NCBI GenBank assembly: GCA_030390025.1
Contig: JASTWF010000034.1
Coordinates: forward strand, 3,844,001 to 3,908,000
From: Squalus acanthias
Lineage: Eukaryota
Reading direction: 5' to 3'
DNA length: 64,000 bases
Shown: piece by piece, positions 62,307-64,000 of the stretch
How the letters are laid out: every line of letters starts with the position of its first letter
Position numbering within the stretch: the first letter of the stretch is position 1
Made by a program: the position numbers and the translations under genes
The notes under the pieces: model-generated
What the model saw: only the letters and a program-made list of their open reading frames with translations
Told to the model about the DNA's origin: nothing
The model's database searches: none

Positions 62307-62690
62307 ATAGAATAGTAGTACAGCACAGAAGGAGGCCATTCGGCCCATCGAGTCTGCACCGGCTCTTTCAAGAGCAATCCAGTTAGTCACACTCCCCCCG
62401 CTCTTTCCCCATATCCCTGCAATTTTATTTCCTTCAAGTATTTATCCAATTCCCTTTTGAAGGCTACTACTGACTCTGTATTGACCACCCTATCGGGCAG
62501 TGCATTCCAAATCCTAACCAATCATTGCGTAAAAAAGTTTTTGCTCATATCGCCTCTGGTTCTTTAGCCAATCACCTTAAATCTGTGGCCCCTGGTTATC
62601 GACCCTTCAGCCATTGGAAACAGTTTCTCTTTATTTACTCTATCTAAACCATTCATGATTTTAAACACCTTCAACAAATCTCTTCTTAGG
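62307..62690 (-). mobile_element. CR1 3' fragment
   Basis: LRRDLLKVFKIMNGLDRVNKEKLFP...RGHRFKVIG; 3'UTR. Confidence 0.85.
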
Positions 62691-63114
62691 TATAGTGTAC
62701 AGGGGGGTGTCACAGAGGTATAGTATACGGGGGGCATCACAGGGTTATAGTATACAGGTCGCGTCACACGGGTGTAGTGTACAGGGGTTTTCACGGGTAT
62801 AGCATAAAGGGGGGTGTCACGGGGTATAGTGTACAGGGGGTGTCACAAGGGTATAGTTTACAGGGGATGTCACGGGTATAGTATACAGAGGTGGTGTCAC
62901 AGGGGTATAGTATACAGGGCGTTGTATACGGGGATATTTTACAGGGATGATGGAGATACACGAGGGCAGATTCGACAGCGGAGGGGAGGAATTAACAGGG
63001 GGGATAAAAACGGGCAGTTCATGTAGATTGGGGAGTTAGAAATACAGATGGGGGGATAAACGGCAGGGCGGGTGACAGCCGGGGGGTCTAAAAATCGCTG
63101 GTGGTGTGGGTTAC

Positions 63115-63870
63115 ACTCACAGGCAGGTACAATATGGGTTAGATGCAGAGTACAGCTCCCTCTACACTGTCCCATCAAACACTCCCAGGGCAGGTAAAGC
63201 ACGGGTTAGATACAGAGTAAAGCTCCCTCTACACTGTCCTATCAAACACTCACAGGGCAGGTACAGCACGGGTGAGATACAAAGTAAAGCTCCCTCTACA
63301 CTGTCCCATCAAACACTCCCAGGCCAGGTACAGCACGGGTTAGATACATAGTACAGCTCTCACTACACTGTCCCATCAAACACTCCCAGGCCAGGTACAG
63401 CACGGGTTAGATACATAGTACAGCTCCCTCTACACTGTCCCATCAAACACTCCCAGGGCAGGTACAGCCCGGGTTGCATACAGGGTAAAGCTCCCTCTAC
63501 ACTGTCCCATCAAACACTCCCAGGGCAGGTACAACACGGGGTTAGATACAGAATAAAGCTCCCTCTACACTCTCCCATCAAACACTCCCAGGGCAGGTAC
63601 AGCACGGGTTAGATTCAGAGTAAAGCTCCCTCTACACTGTCCCATCAAACACTCCCAGGGCAGGTACAGCACGGGTTAGATACAGAGTAAAGCTCCCTCT
63701 ACACTGTCCCATCAAACACTCCCAGGGCAGGTACAGCCCGGGTTGCATACAGGGTAAAGCTCCCTCTACACTGTCCCATCAAACACTCCCAGGGCAGGAA
63801 CAGCACGGGTTTGATACAGAGTAAAGCTCCCTCTACATTGTCCCATCAAACACTCCCAGGGCAGGTACAG
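63115..63870 (-). repeat. 67-bp satellite array, homogeneous
   Basis: Near-perfect units. Confidence 0.95.
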
Positions 63871-63879
63871 GGCTTTGAT

Positions 63880-64000
63880 GATTTAATGGCCATCAATATA
63901 AGATAGTCACTAATAAATCCAACAAAGAATTCAGGAGAAACATCTTTACCCAGCGAGTGGTGAGAATGTGGAACTCGCTGCCACATGGAGTAGTTGAGGC
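63880..64000 (+). mobile_element. CR1 fragment running off the window end
   Basis: FRRNIFTQRVVRMWNSLP motif. Confidence 0.8.

Larger units (their letters stand above)
58293..62948. repeat. About 25-bp G-rich minisatellite, interrupted by a SINE and a CR1 fragment
   Basis: Unit GGGGGTGTCACGGGTATAGTGTACA with 24-28-bp variants. Confidence 0.95.

Overview
Eukaryotic genomic DNA, most likely from a cartilaginous fish (shark). This is inferred from HE1/V-SINE-type SINEs, abundant CR1 LINEs and Penelope-type termini. The window is dominated by repeats: many CR1 fragments plus one near-full-length CR1 (53812-58292), a near-full-length decayed RTE LINE, L2 fragments and four young tRNA-derived SINEs. 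At least eight tandem-repeat families occur (units of about 24, 25, 30, 30, 31, 40, 55 and 67 bp, plus 75- and 85-bp derivatives of the 67-mer). A nested endogenous retrovirus structure has two different LTRs, each followed by its own primer-binding site (tRNA-Lys, then tRNA-Ser), upstream of an internally deleted gag-pol. Host-gene material is limited to a decayed C2H2 zinc-finger gene with an intact-looking CpG-island promoter, a duplicated promoter/exon1/exon2 module of an unidentified gene, and some duplicated unique sequence. No intact host protein-coding gene could be identified. The strongest leads are the double LTR-PBS retroviral structure, hammerhead-ribozyme motifs in Penelope-like termini, 3'-tail swapping in a SINE and a LINE, and a tandem CTCF-like site pair. 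All coordinates were read by eye and boundaries are approximate.
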